A program made the translations under genes and the position numbers. A stretch of DNA of 64,000 nt from an uncultured delta proteobacterium. Lineage in GTDB: Bacteria > Myxococcota_A > UBA9160 > UBA4427. Each line of letters begins with the position of its first letter. Within the stretch, counting starts at the first letter, position 1. The stretch is taken from contig CAWGJT010000010.1 in the NCBI GenBank assembly GCA_963822965.1, positions 626,420 through 690,419 on the forward strand. The letters are read 5' to 3'. The notes under the pieces are model-generated. The model did no database searches. It saw nothing but the letters and a program-made list of their open reading frames with translations, and had not been told where the DNA came from. This document shows, piece after piece, positions 28,135-39,370 of the stretch.

Positions 28135-28261
28135 GTCCGCTCCCGTCCGTGCCGTTCGTCCGCCGTGAAGGCGATTCTACCCCTGTGCTTGCTATCGTGG
28201 AGCGCCGCCGCGGACGAATGCCGCAGCCGATGGAACCGCAGCCCCTCGGAGTCCCCCACTC

Positions 28262-31200
28262 TTGTCCCAGAGCCCGCAGACCCCGCCCCAGCGTCCCGCC
28301 GCCGGCGAGATCGATCGCGACTACGCGCTGGACGACCGCTATCGGCTGACGAGCGGACGGGTCTTCCTGACGGGCGTCCAGGCCCTGGTTCGCCTGCCGT
28401 TGATGCAGCGCCAGCGCGACCGGGCCGACGGCCTCGATACCGCGGGCTTCATCTCCGGCTATCGGGGCTCGCCGCTCGGCACCTACGACATGGCGCTGTG
28501 GCAGGCGCGCTCGTTCCTCGAGGAGAACCACGTCCGTTTCGAGCCGGGGGTGAACGAGGACCTGGCGGCCACGGCGGTCTGGGGCTCCCAGCAGTCGAAC
28601 CTGCTGCCCGGCGCCCGCTACGACGGGGTCTTCGGCATCTGGTACGGCAAGGGTCCGGGCGTCGACCGCTCGGGGGACGCCCTCAAGCACGGCAACTTCC
28701 ACGGCACCGCCCCGAACGGCGGCGTGCTGGCGCTGTGCGGCGACGATCCCGGCGCCAAGTCCTCGTCCCTCGCGCACCAGAGCGAGCAGGCCCTGATCTC
28801 GTTCGGCATGCCGATCCTGAATCCGTCGAACGTCCAGGACTACCTCGACTTCGGCCTCTACGGCTGGGCGCTCTCGCGCTACTCGGGCTGCTGGGTGGGC
28901 TTCAAGTGCGTGACGGACACGGTCGAGAGCTCGGCCTCGGTGTCGGTGGATCCGGAGCGCGTGCGCGTGCGGCTCCCCGACGACTTCGAGATGCCGCCGG
29001 GCGGCGTGCACATCCGCTACGGCACGATGCCGACGGCGCTCGAGGAGCGGCTCTTCCTCTACAAGCTGCCGGCCGCCCAGGCCTTCGCGCGGGCGAACGG
29101 CATCGACCGGGTGGTCCTGGACGCCCCGCGTCGGCGGCTGGGCATCGTCACCACCGGCAAGGCTTACGGCGACGTACGCCAGGCGCTCGACGAGCTCGGC
29201 GTCGACGAGGCTCGCGCCCGGGCCATGGGTCTGTGCCTGTACAAGGTGGGCATGAGCTGGCCCCTCGAGCCCGAGGGCGCACGCCGCTTCGCAGACGGTC
29301 TCGAGGAGATCCTGGTCGTCGAGGAGAAGCGCGGGGTCGTGGAGGAGCAGCTGGCGGGCCTGCTCTACAACCTCGAGCGGCGTCCGCGCCTGCTGGGCAA
29401 GCGGGACGAGCAGGGCGCCCGCCTGCTGCCCGAAGTGGGAGAGCTCTCGCCGGACACCGTGGTCGGGGTGCTCGGCGCCTGGCTCGCGCGGCGGGTCGAG
29501 GGCTTCGAAGTGCCCGCCTGTCCCGGCGAGGTGGTGACCGTACAGGCGGCGGGCGGCGGCCTCACGCGCCTCCCCAGCTTCTGCTCCGGCTGTCCCCACA
29601 ACACGTCCACGGTGGTGCCCGAGGGCAGCGTCGCCATGGGCGGGATCGGCTGTCACGGCATGGCGGTGTGGCTGCCCGAACGTCGAACCCTGGCGGTGGG
29701 GCAGATGGGCGGCGAGGGCGCCGCTTGGATCGGACAGGCCCCCTTCACCGAGACGCCCCACATCTTCCAGAACCTGGGGGACGGCACCTACTTCCACTCG
29801 GGTCTCCTCGCCATCCGCGCCGCCGTCGCCGCGAAGGTCAACATCACCTACAAGATCCTCGTCAACGGCGCGGTCGCCATGACCGGAGGCCAACCCATCG
29901 AGGGCGAGCCGATGGCGGGCGAGATCACGACGCCCGAGATCGCCCACCAGCTCGACGCCGAGGGCGTTCGCAGCATCGTGGTTCTGAGCGACGACGTGGA
30001 GAAGTACCCGCCCGGCGCGTTCCCGGCCGGCGTCGAGGTGCACCACCGGGACGACCTGGCCCGGGTCCAGCGCCAGATCCGGGGCATCAAGGGCGTCACG
30101 GCCATCGTCTACGACCAGACCTGCGCCGCCGAGGCGCGGCGGCTGCGCAAGCGCGGCGAGTGGCCCGACCCGGACCAGCGCATCGTGATCAACGAAGCCG
30201 TGTGCGAGGGCTGCGGCGACTGCAGTGTGCAGTCGAACTGCATCTCGATCGAGCCCGTCGAGACCGAGCTCGGCCGCAAGCGCAAGATCAACCAGAGCTC
30301 GTGCAACAAGGACTACTCGTGCCTGAAGGGCTACTGCCCGAGCTTCGTCTCGGTGACGGGCGGAAGGCTCCGCAAGACCTCCGGCGAAGGCGCCGACACG
30401 GGCGACACCGCGTCGTTCGCGAGCCTGCCCGACCCGGGACCGGCGGACGCGCGCCGGCCCTTCAACATCTACGTGGCGGGCATCGGCGGCACCGGGGTCG
30501 TGACCGTGGGCGCCCTGCTCGGCATGGCGGCGCACCTGGAGGGCAAGGGCTGCCTGCTGCTGGACGTGACGGGTCTGGCCCAGAAGAACGGCCCGGTCGC
30601 CAGCCATGTGCGGATCGCGGCGGCTCCCGAGGACCTGCACGCCAGCCGCATCTCGAAGGGCGCGGCGGACCTGCTGCTCGGCTGCGACATCGTCGTGTCG
30701 GCGGGTCCCGAGGGCGTGTCGAAGCTGTCGCCGGAGCGGACCGTCGCCGTGGTGAACTCCCACGTGGCGCCCACCGCCGACTTCGCCAACCGGCCCGACC
30801 TGGACCTCTCCTCGCGCGGGATGGAGGAGACGATCGCCGGCGCGAGCGGCGGCCACAGCCACGTCATCGCCGCCACCGAGCTCGCCCGGGCGCTTCTTGG
30901 AGACGCCATCGCCGCGAACCTCTTCCTGCTCGGCTACGCGTACCAGATCGGTCGGCTGCCCGTGAGCCTCGCGGCCCTCGAGCGTGCCATCGAGCTGAAC
31001 GGTCGCCAGGTGGAGATGAACAAGCGGGCGGTGGCGTGGGGGCGGCTCGCGGCCCACGATCTCGCCGCGGTGGAGAAGGCGGCGCGCCCCGGGCTGCGCG
31101 GTGCGTTGGAGCCGGCTCCCGCGCGCACACTCCCGGAGCTGGTGGAGCACCGGTCGCGGCTCCTGACCGACTACCAATCGCGCGCGTACGCGGCCCGCTA

Positions 31201-31774
31201 CCGGGCCCTGGTGGATCGCGTGGCCCGGGCCGAATCCGTCTGCGTCCCGGGCAGCACCCGGCTGGCGGAGGCGGTGGCGAGATACGCCGCGAAGCTGATG
31301 GCCTACAAGGACGAGTACGAGGTGGCTCGCCTCTACACGAACGGCGAGTTCCGGCGCCAGCTCGAGGCGGAGTTCGAGGGGGACTACGAGATCCACCTGC
31401 ACCTGGCGCCCCAGATGCTGTTCCCGAAGGACCCCGACACCGGCCGCGCCCTGAAGGTGAAGGCGGGCTCCTGGGTGCTGACGGCCTTCGCGTGGCTCGC
31501 GCGCTTCAAGTTCCTGCGCGGCACTCCCTTCGATCCGTTCGGGCGGGCGGCCCACCGCAAGCTCGAGCGGCAGCTCGTCGCCGACTACGAGCGCACCGTG
31601 GGGGAGCTGCTGGACGGGCTCTGCCCGGACAACATCGACGTGGCCGTCGAGATCGCGAGCCTGCCCGAGGGCATCCGCGGCTTCTTCGACGTGAAGGAGA
31701 AGCACCTCGAGGACGTGCTCGAGAAGCAGGCCGAGCTGTTGGAGGCATTCCGGCTGCGGGGCTCGAGTCGCTGA
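28262..31774 (+). CDS. Indolepyruvate:ferredoxin oxidoreductase family protein (fused alpha/beta, 1170 aa)
   Basis: ORF 28262..31774 with a TTG start. [27 protein letters not shown] opening, a TPP region (GCHGM...GDGTYFHSG) and a CEGCGDC ferredoxin-like cluster. Confidence 0.9.
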   Translation: MSQSPQTPPQRPAAGEIDRDYALDDRYRLTSGRVFLTGVQALVRLPLMQRQRDRADGLDTAGFISGYRGSPLGTYDMALWQARSFLEENHVRFEPGVNEDLAATAVWGSQQSNLLPGARYDGVFGIWYGKGPGVDRSGDALKHGNFHGTAPNGGVLALCGDDPGAKSSSLAHQSEQALISFGMPILNPSNVQDYLDFGLYGWALSRYSGCWVGFKCVTDTVESSASVSVDPERVRVRLPDDFEMPPGGVHIRYGTMPTALEERLFLYKLPAAQAFARANGIDRVVLDAPRRRLGIVTTGKAYGDVRQALDELGVDEARARAMGLCLYKVGMSWPLEPEGARRFADGLEEILVVEEKRGVVEEQLAGLLYNLERRPRLLGKRDEQGARLLPEVGELSPDTVVGVLGAWLARRVEGFEVPACPGEVVTVQAAGGGLTRLPSFCSGCPHNTSTVVPEGSVAMGGIGCHGMAVWLPERRTLAVGQMGGEGAAWIGQAPFTETPHIFQNLGDGTYFHSGLLAIRAAVAAKVNITYKILVNGAVAMTGGQPIEGEPMAGEITTPEIAHQLDAEGVRSIVVLSDDVEKYPPGAFPAGVEVHHRDDLARVQRQIRGIKGVTAIVYDQTCAAEARRLRKRGEWPDPDQRIVINEAVCEGCGDCSVQSNCISIEPVETELGRKRKINQSSCNKDYSCLKGYCPSFVSVTGGRLRKTSGEGADTGDTASFASLPDPGPADARRPFNIYVAGIGGTGVVTVGALLGMAAHLEGKGCLLLDVTGLAQKNGPVASHVRIAAAPEDLHASRISKGAADLLLGCDIVVSAGPEGVSKLSPERTVAVVNSHVAPTADFANRPDLDLSSRGMEETIAGASGGHSHVIAATELARALLGDAIAANLFLLGYAYQIGRLPVSLAALERAIELNGRQVEMNKRAVAWGRLAAHDLAAVEKAARPGLRGALEPAPARTLPELVEHRSRLLTDYQSRAYAARYRALVDRVARAESVCVPGSTRLAEAVARYAAKLMAYKDEYEVARLYTNGEFRRQLEAEFEGDYEIHLHLAPQMLFPKDPDTGRALKVKAGSWVLTAFAWLARFKFLRGTPFDPFGRAAHRKLERQLVADYERTVGELLDGLCPDNIDVAVEIASLPEGIRGFFDVKEKHLEDVLEKQAELLEAFRLRGSSR

Positions 31775-31821
31775 GCCGCCGGGTCCCTCCGTCGGCTGCG
31801 CGCGGTGAAGGAGGACGACCG

Positions 31822-33234
31822 ATGGGCTTTCGCAGCGAGCGCGACAGCATGGGCGAGGTGCGGGTCGCCGACGACCGCTACTGGGGGGCCCAGACCCAGC
31901 GGGCGGTGGAGAGCTTCCGGATCGGCACTGCGCGCTTTCCGCGGGTGTTCCTGCGTGCCTACGGGCTGGTCAAGCAGGCCGCGGCAGAGGTGAACGGGGC
32001 GCTCGGCGAGCTCGCTCCCGACCTGGCCGCCCTCATCGTCGAGGCTTCCCAGGAGGTGATCGACGGTCGTCTCGACGACCACTTCCCGCTGGGCCCCTGG
32101 CAGACGGGCTCCGGCACCCAGACCCACATGAACGTGAACGAGGTCATCGCCAACCGCGCGAACGAGCGGGCTGGATCGCCCCTGGGATCGCGCAGCCCCG
32201 TGCACCCCAACGACCACGTGAACCGGGGCCAGTCGACCAACGACACGTTCCCCACGGCGATGCACGTGAGCGCGGCGCTCGCACTGGAGGAGCAGCTCCG
32301 CCCGGCGCTCGCGGGCCTGCTGTCCACCCTGGACACCAAGGCCGGGGTCTATCGGGACGTGCTCAAGATCGGCCGTACGCACCTGCAGGATGCGGTGCCG
32401 CTGAGCCTGGGCCAGGAGATCGGCGGCTGGGCGGCCCAGGTGCGGCACGCGCTGGCGGCGATCGACGCCGGCGGGCCGCGCCTGCTCGAGCTGGCGGCGG
32501 GCGGGACCGCCGTCGGCACCGGTCTCAACAGCCATCCGGACTTCGCTCGGGAGATCGCCGCGGCGCTGGCCCGCAAGACCGGGCTTGCCTTCGTGAGCGC
32601 CCCGGACAAGTTCGCGGCGCTGGCCGGGCACGAAGCCCTGTGCGAGCTGTCGGGCGCCCTGGGGGTGCTGGCGGCTTCGCTCGTCAAGATCGCCAACGAC
32701 GTGCGCTGGCTCGCCTCGGGCCCGCGGGCCGGGCTGGGAGAGCTGCGCATCCCGGAGAACGAGCCCGGCTCGTCGATCATGCCCGGCAAGGTGAACCCGA
32801 CCCAGGCCGAGGCCCTGGTGATGGTGGGGCTGCGCGTGATGGGCAACCACACGACGGTGAACGTGGCGGCGAGCCAGGGCAACTTCGAGCTGAACGTCTG
32901 CAAGCCCGTGATCGCCTGGTGTGTGCTGGAGTCGATCCAGCTGCTGGCCGACGCCATCCGCAGCTTCGATGAGCACTGCCTCCGCGGCCTCGAGCCGATC
33001 CCCGAGGCCCTGGCCGACCACCTCTCGCGCTCGCTCATGCTGGTGACCGCGCTCACCCCCCACATCGGCTACGACGCAGCGGCGGCCATCGCGAAGCGCG
33101 CCCACACCGAGGGCCTCACCCTGCGCGAGGCGGCGCTGGCCTCGGGGCTCGTGAACGAGCAGGACTACGACGCCTGGGTGCGGCCCGAGACCATGCTCGC
33201 GCCCCACGCGAGAGTTGCGCCCAGATCCGCATGA
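31822..33234 (+). CDS. fumC: Class II fumarate hydratase
   Basis: ATG 31822 with GAAGGAGGA RBS, inside the 2001-aa ORF 27229..33234. Motifs [40 protein letters not shown]. Confidence 0.95.
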   Translation: MGFRSERDSMGEVRVADDRYWGAQTQRAVESFRIGTARFPRVFLRAYGLVKQAAAEVNGALGELAPDLAALIVEASQEVIDGRLDDHFPLGPWQTGSGTQTHMNVNEVIANRANERAGSPLGSRSPVHPNDHVNRGQSTNDTFPTAMHVSAALALEEQLRPALAGLLSTLDTKAGVYRDVLKIGRTHLQDAVPLSLGQEIGGWAAQVRHALAAIDAGGPRLLELAAGGTAVGTGLNSHPDFAREIAAALARKTGLAFVSAPDKFAALAGHEALCELSGALGVLAASLVKIANDVRWLASGPRAGLGELRIPENEPGSSIMPGKVNPTQAEALVMVGLRVMGNHTTVNVAASQGNFELNVCKPVIAWCVLESIQLLADAIRSFDEHCLRGLEPIPEALADHLSRSLMLVTALTPHIGYDAAAAIAKRAHTEGLTLREAALASGLVNEQDYDAWVRPETMLAPHARVAPRSA

Positions 33235-33346
33235 CGGATCCGGGCTAGCCGGCCCCGCGGCCAGGGCTCAGGGAATTCCGAGAAAGACGGCGCAACTCTC
33301 CGGAATGACTGGGCTGCTGGCCGGTCCTTGCGGGCGCGAGGGCCGC

Positions 33347-33715
33347 TCAGGCGTCCGATCCGGGCAGGATCCCCCGCTCCCGCGCCACCCACACGCACAT
33401 CGCGCCCATCACGAGCGCCGGCAGGGCGTGCGCGAGGGGGTCGTGGGTCACGTGGAAGAAGACGGCGCCGAGCATGATCACGAAGAGTCCCGCCGCCGCG
33501 AGACCGGCGAGCCGCGGGACGAGCACCCCCACGCCGCCGGCCATCTCGCACCCGCCGATGAAGAGGGCCAGGCCGCCGGGCAGCCCGAAGGCCTCGAAGC
33601 GCTCGGCGGCGACGGCCGGCTCGAAGAAGAGCTTGGTGGCTCCGGAGAGCAGGAAGCCCACCCCGAGCAAACCCGACACGATCCACGTCACGACGTTGCG
33701 CGTCCCTGCGGTCAT
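33347..33715 (-). CDS. DoxX-family membrane protein
   Basis: ORF 33347..33715 with GGAGGA RBS. Four hydrophobic helices, with the GATKL and GGVGVL patterns of DoxX. Confidence 0.8.
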   Translation of the reverse strand: MTAGTRNVVTWIVSGLLGVGFLLSGATKLFFEPAVAAERFEAFGLPGGLALFIGGCEMAGGVGVLVPRLAGLAAAGLFVIMLGAVFFHVTHDPLAHALPALVMGAMCVWVARERGILPGSDA

Positions 33716-33772
33716 CCCCGTTCCTCCGGATTCGGAGGCCCGCGCCGCGCGGGCTCCGGCCGGAGCAGGGTA

Positions 33773-34927
33773 TCACCGCCGGCGGTGTCGGGGGCGGCGC
33801 GAGACGCGGCGGAGGCCCGCGAGGAAGAGCAGGGCGGCGGCGCCCAGGGTGGAGGCGTCCGGCTCCGGCAGTGCATAGCTCGTCGGGACGAACTTCCCGG
33901 CGACGTCGATGATCTCGAGCCGCGTGGCGAGGGCGGCCTCCGACGCCGCGAGGTCGGCGCACCCGAGGGTCGTCTCCGCGAATCCGAACGGCGCGGCGCC
34001 GTCCGGGATCAGGGAGCCCTGGACGGGATCGATCAGCAGCACCCGGCGGCCCGGTGCGGCGCACTCGAACGCGGGCGCACCGACCGTCCCGACGCCGAGA
34101 CACGCAGCCGACGCGATGGTGAACGGGGCGCCGGTGGCCGCCTCGGGCTCGAGGTCGCTGGGGCTCTGGGGGTCCGCCGCCATCACGACGCCGGACTGGT
34201 CGACGTCGAAGCAGCCGACCACGCCCGGCTCGGGCAATGCGGTGAGAGGAGCCTCGCGGAACAAGGCTCGCTGATTGGCGGGTACCACGGCCAGGTAGGG
34301 CACGAGCAGCTGGGTCGGTCGCGGCAGGTCGTGGATCGCGTCCGCGACCTCCATCCCCTCGATCACCTCGCCGAAGACCGTGAAGCCGCCGTCGACGTCG
34401 TCGAGGAAGACGTTCTGGTCGTCGAGGTTGACGAACCACTCGCTGGTCGCGCTGTTCGGGGAGCCTCCGACCCTGGCCATGGCGATCGTTCCCCGGACGT
34501 TCGAGATGCAGGGCTCGTTCGGGATGGGATCCGCTCGATCGATCGATTCGAATGTGGTCCCCTCGGTGCGGTAGCCGCCCATCTGGATCACGAAGGGCAT
34601 CCCGCCGGTGCTGGTCGCAGCCCGGTGCACGATGGTGCCGACGTACGCGCCGCCGCGGATGTAGTCGAGAAAGTTCGCGACCGTGAGAGGTGCCACGGTC
34701 GGATAGAGCTCGATCCGCATGGTCCCGAGCGGCGTCGTCACCTCGACCTGGGTACGCCCCGCCGCGGGAACGAGGTCGCAGCCGGCCATCGTCGGCGGCA
34801 CGGCTCCGGCCGACCCCCCGGCCAGCAGCCCGGCCAGGGCCAGCCCGGCGACGCGGCTCGCGCGCGCGAGAGCGCGGCGCCGGGCGCCGGGTCGAGACCG
34901 GGTCTGTGTCGGAGTCCTCGCTCGCAT
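33773..34927 (-). CDS. Secreted cyclophilin-type peptidyl-prolyl isomerase with a C-terminal extension and PEP-CTERM anchor
   Basis: ATG 34927 with GAGGTGG RBS, inside ORF 33773..35644. Cyclophilin core IELYP..APLTVANFLDY..VIQMGGY..WFVNL..FTVFGEV. Tail ALPEPDASTLGAAALLFLAGLRRVSRR. Confidence 0.85.
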   Translation of the reverse strand: MRARTPTQTRSRPGARRRALARASRVAGLALAGLLAGGSAGAVPPTMAGCDLVPAAGRTQVEVTTPLGTMRIELYPTVAPLTVANFLDYIRGGAYVGTIVHRAATSTGGMPFVIQMGGYRTEGTTFESIDRADPIPNEPCISNVRGTIAMARVGGSPNSATSEWFVNLDDQNVFLDDVDGGFTVFGEVIEGMEVADAIHDLPRPTQLLVPYLAVVPANQRALFREAPLTALPEPGVVGCFDVDQSGVVMAADPQSPSDLEPEAATGAPFTIASAACLGVGTVGAPAFECAAPGRRVLLIDPVQGSLIPDGAAPFGFAETTLGCADLAASEAALATRLEIIDVAGKFVPTSYALPEPDASTLGAAALLFLAGLRRVSRRPRHRRR

Positions 34928-35351
34928 CGTCCACCTCGCTGCTCGCTTCCGCCCGCGGCGATCGCGCGCGGCGAACTCTAGCCAGTGGCGTCCGGCCGTC
35001 GCAGCGCATCGGGCGTGCGCAGGCCGTGCGCAGCCCGCGCCCGAGCGGTCCGCGGGGCTCGAGGCGGCGTTCCCGCGGAACCGAGCGGCCGCCAGGCGTG
35101 TCGGATCGACCGGTGCCGCGACCGGCGCGGCCCGCGAAACCCGGGTGAAGCTCGCCCAGCCGGCTGGAAATACCCGGAACGTCTTGGATTTCCGAGTGCC
35201 CAGCGGGTACTTTCCGCGCGCCCCTGTGCTCCGGCCTCCTGATTCCCCTCGGGCCGTGAGCCCCGAGGCGCTCTCGCGTCGTCCGCCGGTGCGAGGCGTT
35301 CCAAGGTGAGCCCGACCGGTGCAGGTGAGTGACGAGACAAGGAGGAAGGTG

Positions 35352-36335
<984 letters not shown>

Positions 36336-36355
36336 TCGGGCTCGGGAGCGTTCGG

Positions 36356-37342
36356 GTGCTGGCGCGCGAAATCCTGCAACGGGTCCGGGAGATCCAGGTC
36401 CGCACCGGCCGGCAGGTGGCCGATGTGCTGGCGGGCGAGTACGTCTCGGTCTTCAAGGGGCGCGGTATCGAGTTCGAGGAGGTGCGCCCGTACGTCCCCG
36501 GCGACGACGTGCGCAGCATCGACTGGAACGTCACGGCCCGCACCGGCGAGCCCTTCGTCAAGCGATACGTGGAGGAGCGTCAGCTCACGCTGATGCTGAT
36601 GGCGGACGTGTCGGCCTCCCAGGACTTCGGCTCGTCGTCGCGCTCGAAGCGCGAGGCCACCGCCGAGCTGTGCGCGCTGCTGGCGTTCTCCGCCAGCCGC
36701 AACGACGACAAGGTGGGGCTCACGCTCTTCCACGGCGGCATCGAGGAGTACATCCCGCCGCGCAAGGGGCAGAAGCACGCCCTGCGCGTGGTGCGCGAGG
36801 TGCTGGCCCACGGCGAGGACGCGCCCGGCCTCGAGGCGGCTCCCGCGGCCCCTCGCGTCCGTCTCGGCAGCGTGGCGGCTTGGGCGAGGGCGCGCGCCCG
36901 GGGGCTGCGGCGCCCGCGGCCCGCACGCCAGTCGACGAGCATCGCGCGGGCGATGGAGTTCCTGCTCTCGGTCACCAAGCGCCGCACGATCTGCTTCGTG
37001 GTGAGCGACTTCCTCGACGAGGGCTGGGAGCGGGCACTCACGACGGCGAACCAGCGCCACGACGTGATCGCGGTGCTCGTGACCGATCCCCGCGAGCTCG
37101 CCCTCGACGACGTGGGGCTCGTCGCCCTGCGCGACGCGGAGACCGGCCAGGCGCGGCTCTACGATACGGGGTCCGGCGCCTTCCGGGACGCCGTGCAGCG
37201 CGGCGCGGACGAGCGGGTGGCGCGCGTGGAACGCCGCATGCGCCGGGTCGGCATCGACTTCATTCACGTCGACGCGGCGGGATCGGTGGTGGATCCGCTG
37301 GTGCGCTTCTTCCGGATGCGCGAACGGAGGCTCCGGCGGTGA
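36356..37342 (+). CDS. DUF58 protein (MoxR-associated, vWA-like)
   Basis: GTG 36356 with GGGAG RBS. G.Y.S.FKGRGIEFEEVRPYVPGDDVRSIDWNVTAR signature. Stop overlaps the next start (GTGA). Confidence 0.9.
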   Translation: MLAREILQRVREIQVRTGRQVADVLAGEYVSVFKGRGIEFEEVRPYVPGDDVRSIDWNVTARTGEPFVKRYVEERQLTLMLMADVSASQDFGSSSRSKREATAELCALLAFSASRNDDKVGLTLFHGGIEEYIPPRKGQKHALRVVREVLAHGEDAPGLEAAPAAPRVRLGSVAAWARARARGLRRPRPARQSTSIARAMEFLLSVTKRRTICFVVSDFLDEGWERALTTANQRHDVIAVLVTDPRELALDDVGLVALRDAETGQARLYDTGSGAFRDAVQRGADERVARVERRMRRVGIDFIHVDAAGSVVDPLVRFFRMRERRLRR

Positions 37343-38358
37343 CGCGTGGCTTCGGAGGACGCGGCCGCGTGTCGTGCGGCGGCCGTCTCGCGCCCGTGCT
37401 CCTGCTGGCGCTGGCCGCGAGCGGCGGTGCCGCGCGTCCGGCCGCGGCCGCCAGCGCCCACAGCGAGAGCGGGCCGGTGCAGGCCACCGTCTCGGTGGAG
37501 CCCGAGAGCCCCCGCATCGGCGACCCCATCCACCTCGAGCTCGAGGTCGTCGCGGAGCCGGGCGTCGAGCTCCTGATGCCCGAGTTCGGCGAGGCCCTCG
37601 ATCGATTCGCGGTGGTCGACTTCGCGCCGTCCGAGCGGGTGGACGACGAGGGACGCACGGTGGCGCGCCAGCGCTACACGCTGCAGGCGGCGCGCTCGGG
37701 CGAGCAGAGCGTGCCGCCGCTGCTGATCGAGTTCATCGACCGGCGTCCCGGTCGCGCGCCGACCCCGGACGACGCCGACGCCTACGAGCTGCTGACCGAA
37801 CGGCTCCCGTTCACGGTCCAGACGGTCCTCTCCTCCGACGACAGCCTCGAGCTGGAGCCCGCCCGGGGTGCGCTGGAGCCGCTGACGGAGCCGGGAAGGC
37901 CGGTGTGGCCGTGGCTGCTCGCGGGCGCTGCCGTGCTCGCGGCCGCGGCGCCGTTCGGAGCCCGCCTGTGGGTGGCCCGGCGGGCGCGGGGCCGGCGCCG
38001 CACGGCCTACGAGCAGGCCCGCAGCGAGCTCGATGCGCTGCTCTACGGCCCGCGCCCCGCGCCGGACGATCCGGCCGCGGTGGACGCCTTCTACGTGGTG
38101 CTCTCCGGCATCGTGCGTCGCTACCTGGAGAACCGCTTCGGCCTCCACTCGCCCGAGCAGACCACCGACGAGTTCCTGGAGGACCTGGCCCGCTCGCCGG
38201 ATCTCGAGCGCTCCCACCAGGATCTGCTGCGGGACTTCCTGCGCGGCGCCGACCTCGTGAAGTTCGCCCACCAGCTGCCCGACGCCTCGGGGATGAACGC
38301 GTCGGTGAGCCTCGCCCAGCGCTTCCTCGAGGAGACCGGGGAGGCGCGTGATGCCTGA
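37339..38358 (+). CDS. Membrane protein: BatD-like N-terminal periplasmic domain, TM helix, DUF4381-like C-terminal region
   Basis: GTG 37339 inside ORF 36670..38358. Signal peptide, then VSVEPESPRIGDPIHLELEV.. (BatD-like). TM helix WPWLLAGAAVLAAAAPF, then ..ARSELDAL..FYVVLSGIVRRYLENRFG.. Confidence 0.7.
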   Translation: MTRGFGGRGRVSCGGRLAPVLLLALAASGGAARPAAAASAHSESGPVQATVSVEPESPRIGDPIHLELEVVAEPGVELLMPEFGEALDRFAVVDFAPSERVDDEGRTVARQRYTLQAARSGEQSVPPLLIEFIDRRPGRAPTPDDADAYELLTERLPFTVQTVLSSDDSLELEPARGALEPLTEPGRPVWPWLLAGAAVLAAAAPFGARLWVARRARGRRRTAYEQARSELDALLYGPRPAPDDPAAVDAFYVVLSGIVRRYLENRFGLHSPEQTTDEFLEDLARSPDLERSHQDLLRDFLRGADLVKFAHQLPDASGMNASVSLAQRFLEETGEARDA

Positions 38359-39370
38359 TTGGGGTGGTCTCGAGCTGCGCGATCCGTTCTTTCTGCTCGT
38401 CGGCCTGCTGGCGATTCCGGTCTATCTGCTGGCGTCGCGGCTGCCCGCGGCAGTCACGTACTCGAGCCTGGCGCTCGTCGACCGAGCGCCTCGATCCCTG
38501 CGCACCCGGCTGGCGTCGCTTCCCGCCGGCCTGCTCGCCTTCGCGGTGCTGGCGCTGGCCGTCGCGCTCGCGGGTCCGCGAACGGGGGACGCCACCAGCA
38601 AGGTCCACAAGGAGGGCATCGCCATCGCGATGGTGGTGGACCGATCCGGCTCCATGCAGGCCCGCGACTTCGTGGAGGGAGACGCCAGCGCCAACCGGCT
38701 GGACGTGGTCAAGAAGGTGTTCCGGGACTTCGTCCAGAAGCCCGACCGGCGCGACGATCTCATCGGGCTGGTCACCTTCGCGCGCTACGCCGACGGCGCC
38801 TGTCCGCTCACGAGCGACCACGGCAATCTGCTCTCCATCCTCGAGCAGCAGGAGATCGTGAGCGAGCGCGAGGAGGACGGCACCGCCGTGGGGGAGGGCC
38901 TGGCGCTGGCGGTCGAACGCCTGCGTCACCAGGAGGTGCGCTCGAAGGTCGCGATCGTGCTGACCGACGGCGTCAACAACGCCGGCAACATCACGCCGCT
39001 GCAGGCGGCGGAGCTCGCCGAGCAGTACGGCATCAAGGTCTACACCATCGGTGCCGGGCGGACGGGCTGGGCCCCGGTGCCGGTACGGCTGCCGGGGGGC
39101 GCGGTCGCCCTGCGTCGGGCCTTCGTCGAGATGGACGAGGACACCCTGCGCGAGATCGCCGAGCGCACCGGCGCGCGCTACTTCCACGCCACCGACGCCG
39201 ACGCCCTCGAGCAGGTGATCGACGAGATCGACCACCTCGAGCGCAGCGAGATCGTCGAGGTCCGCTACCTCGAGTACGAGCCGCACTATGCGGGCTTCGT
39301 GGTGGCCGCCCTGGCGCTCATGCTCGCCTCGTCCCTGCTCTCGGGTACCTGGCTGCGGAGGCTGCCGTGA
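38348..39370 (+). CDS. batA: vWA-domain membrane protein, BatA type
   Basis: ORF 38348..39370 (GTG 38348 or ATG 38351). BatA-type N-terminal TM segment. MIDAS DRSGSM and VLTDGVNN. Stop overlaps the next start (GTGA). Confidence 0.9.
   Translation: MMPDWGGLELRDPFFLLVGLLAIPVYLLASRLPAAVTYSSLALVDRAPRSLRTRLASLPAGLLAFAVLALAVALAGPRTGDATSKVHKEGIAIAMVVDRSGSMQARDFVEGDASANRLDVVKKVFRDFVQKPDRRDDLIGLVTFARYADGACPLTSDHGNLLSILEQQEIVSEREEDGTAVGEGLALAVERLRHQEVRSKVAIVLTDGVNNAGNITPLQAAELAEQYGIKVYTIGAGRTGWAPVPVRLPGGAVALRRAFVEMDEDTLREIAERTGARYFHATDADALEQVIDEIDHLERSEIVEVRYLEYEPHYAGFVVAALALMLASSLLSGTWLRRLP

Noticed and set aside
27229-31821. The first roughly 1530 codons of the 2001-aa ORF 27229..33234.
   Set aside because: Only the last 470 codons, from ATG 31822 with a strong RBS, are fumarase. 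The upstream part is shadow sequence overlapping the LLM, SnoaL and IOR genes.
34840-34927. A twin-arginine (Tat) signal on the cyclophilin (..GARRRALARASRVAGLALAG..).
   Set aside because: Arg runs are common in this proteome, and the S/T-R-R-x-F-L-K pattern is not matched. Treated as a generic signal peptide.
35184-35213. Sigma-70-like hexamers TTGGAT-N18-TACTTT, and a GGAAAT-N16-ATTTCC inverted repeat, upstream of moxR.
   Set aside because: The match to consensus is weak and the spacing is suboptimal. I cannot distinguish it from chance, so I did not call it as a feature, although the AT-richer patch is a reasonable place to look for the Bat promoter.
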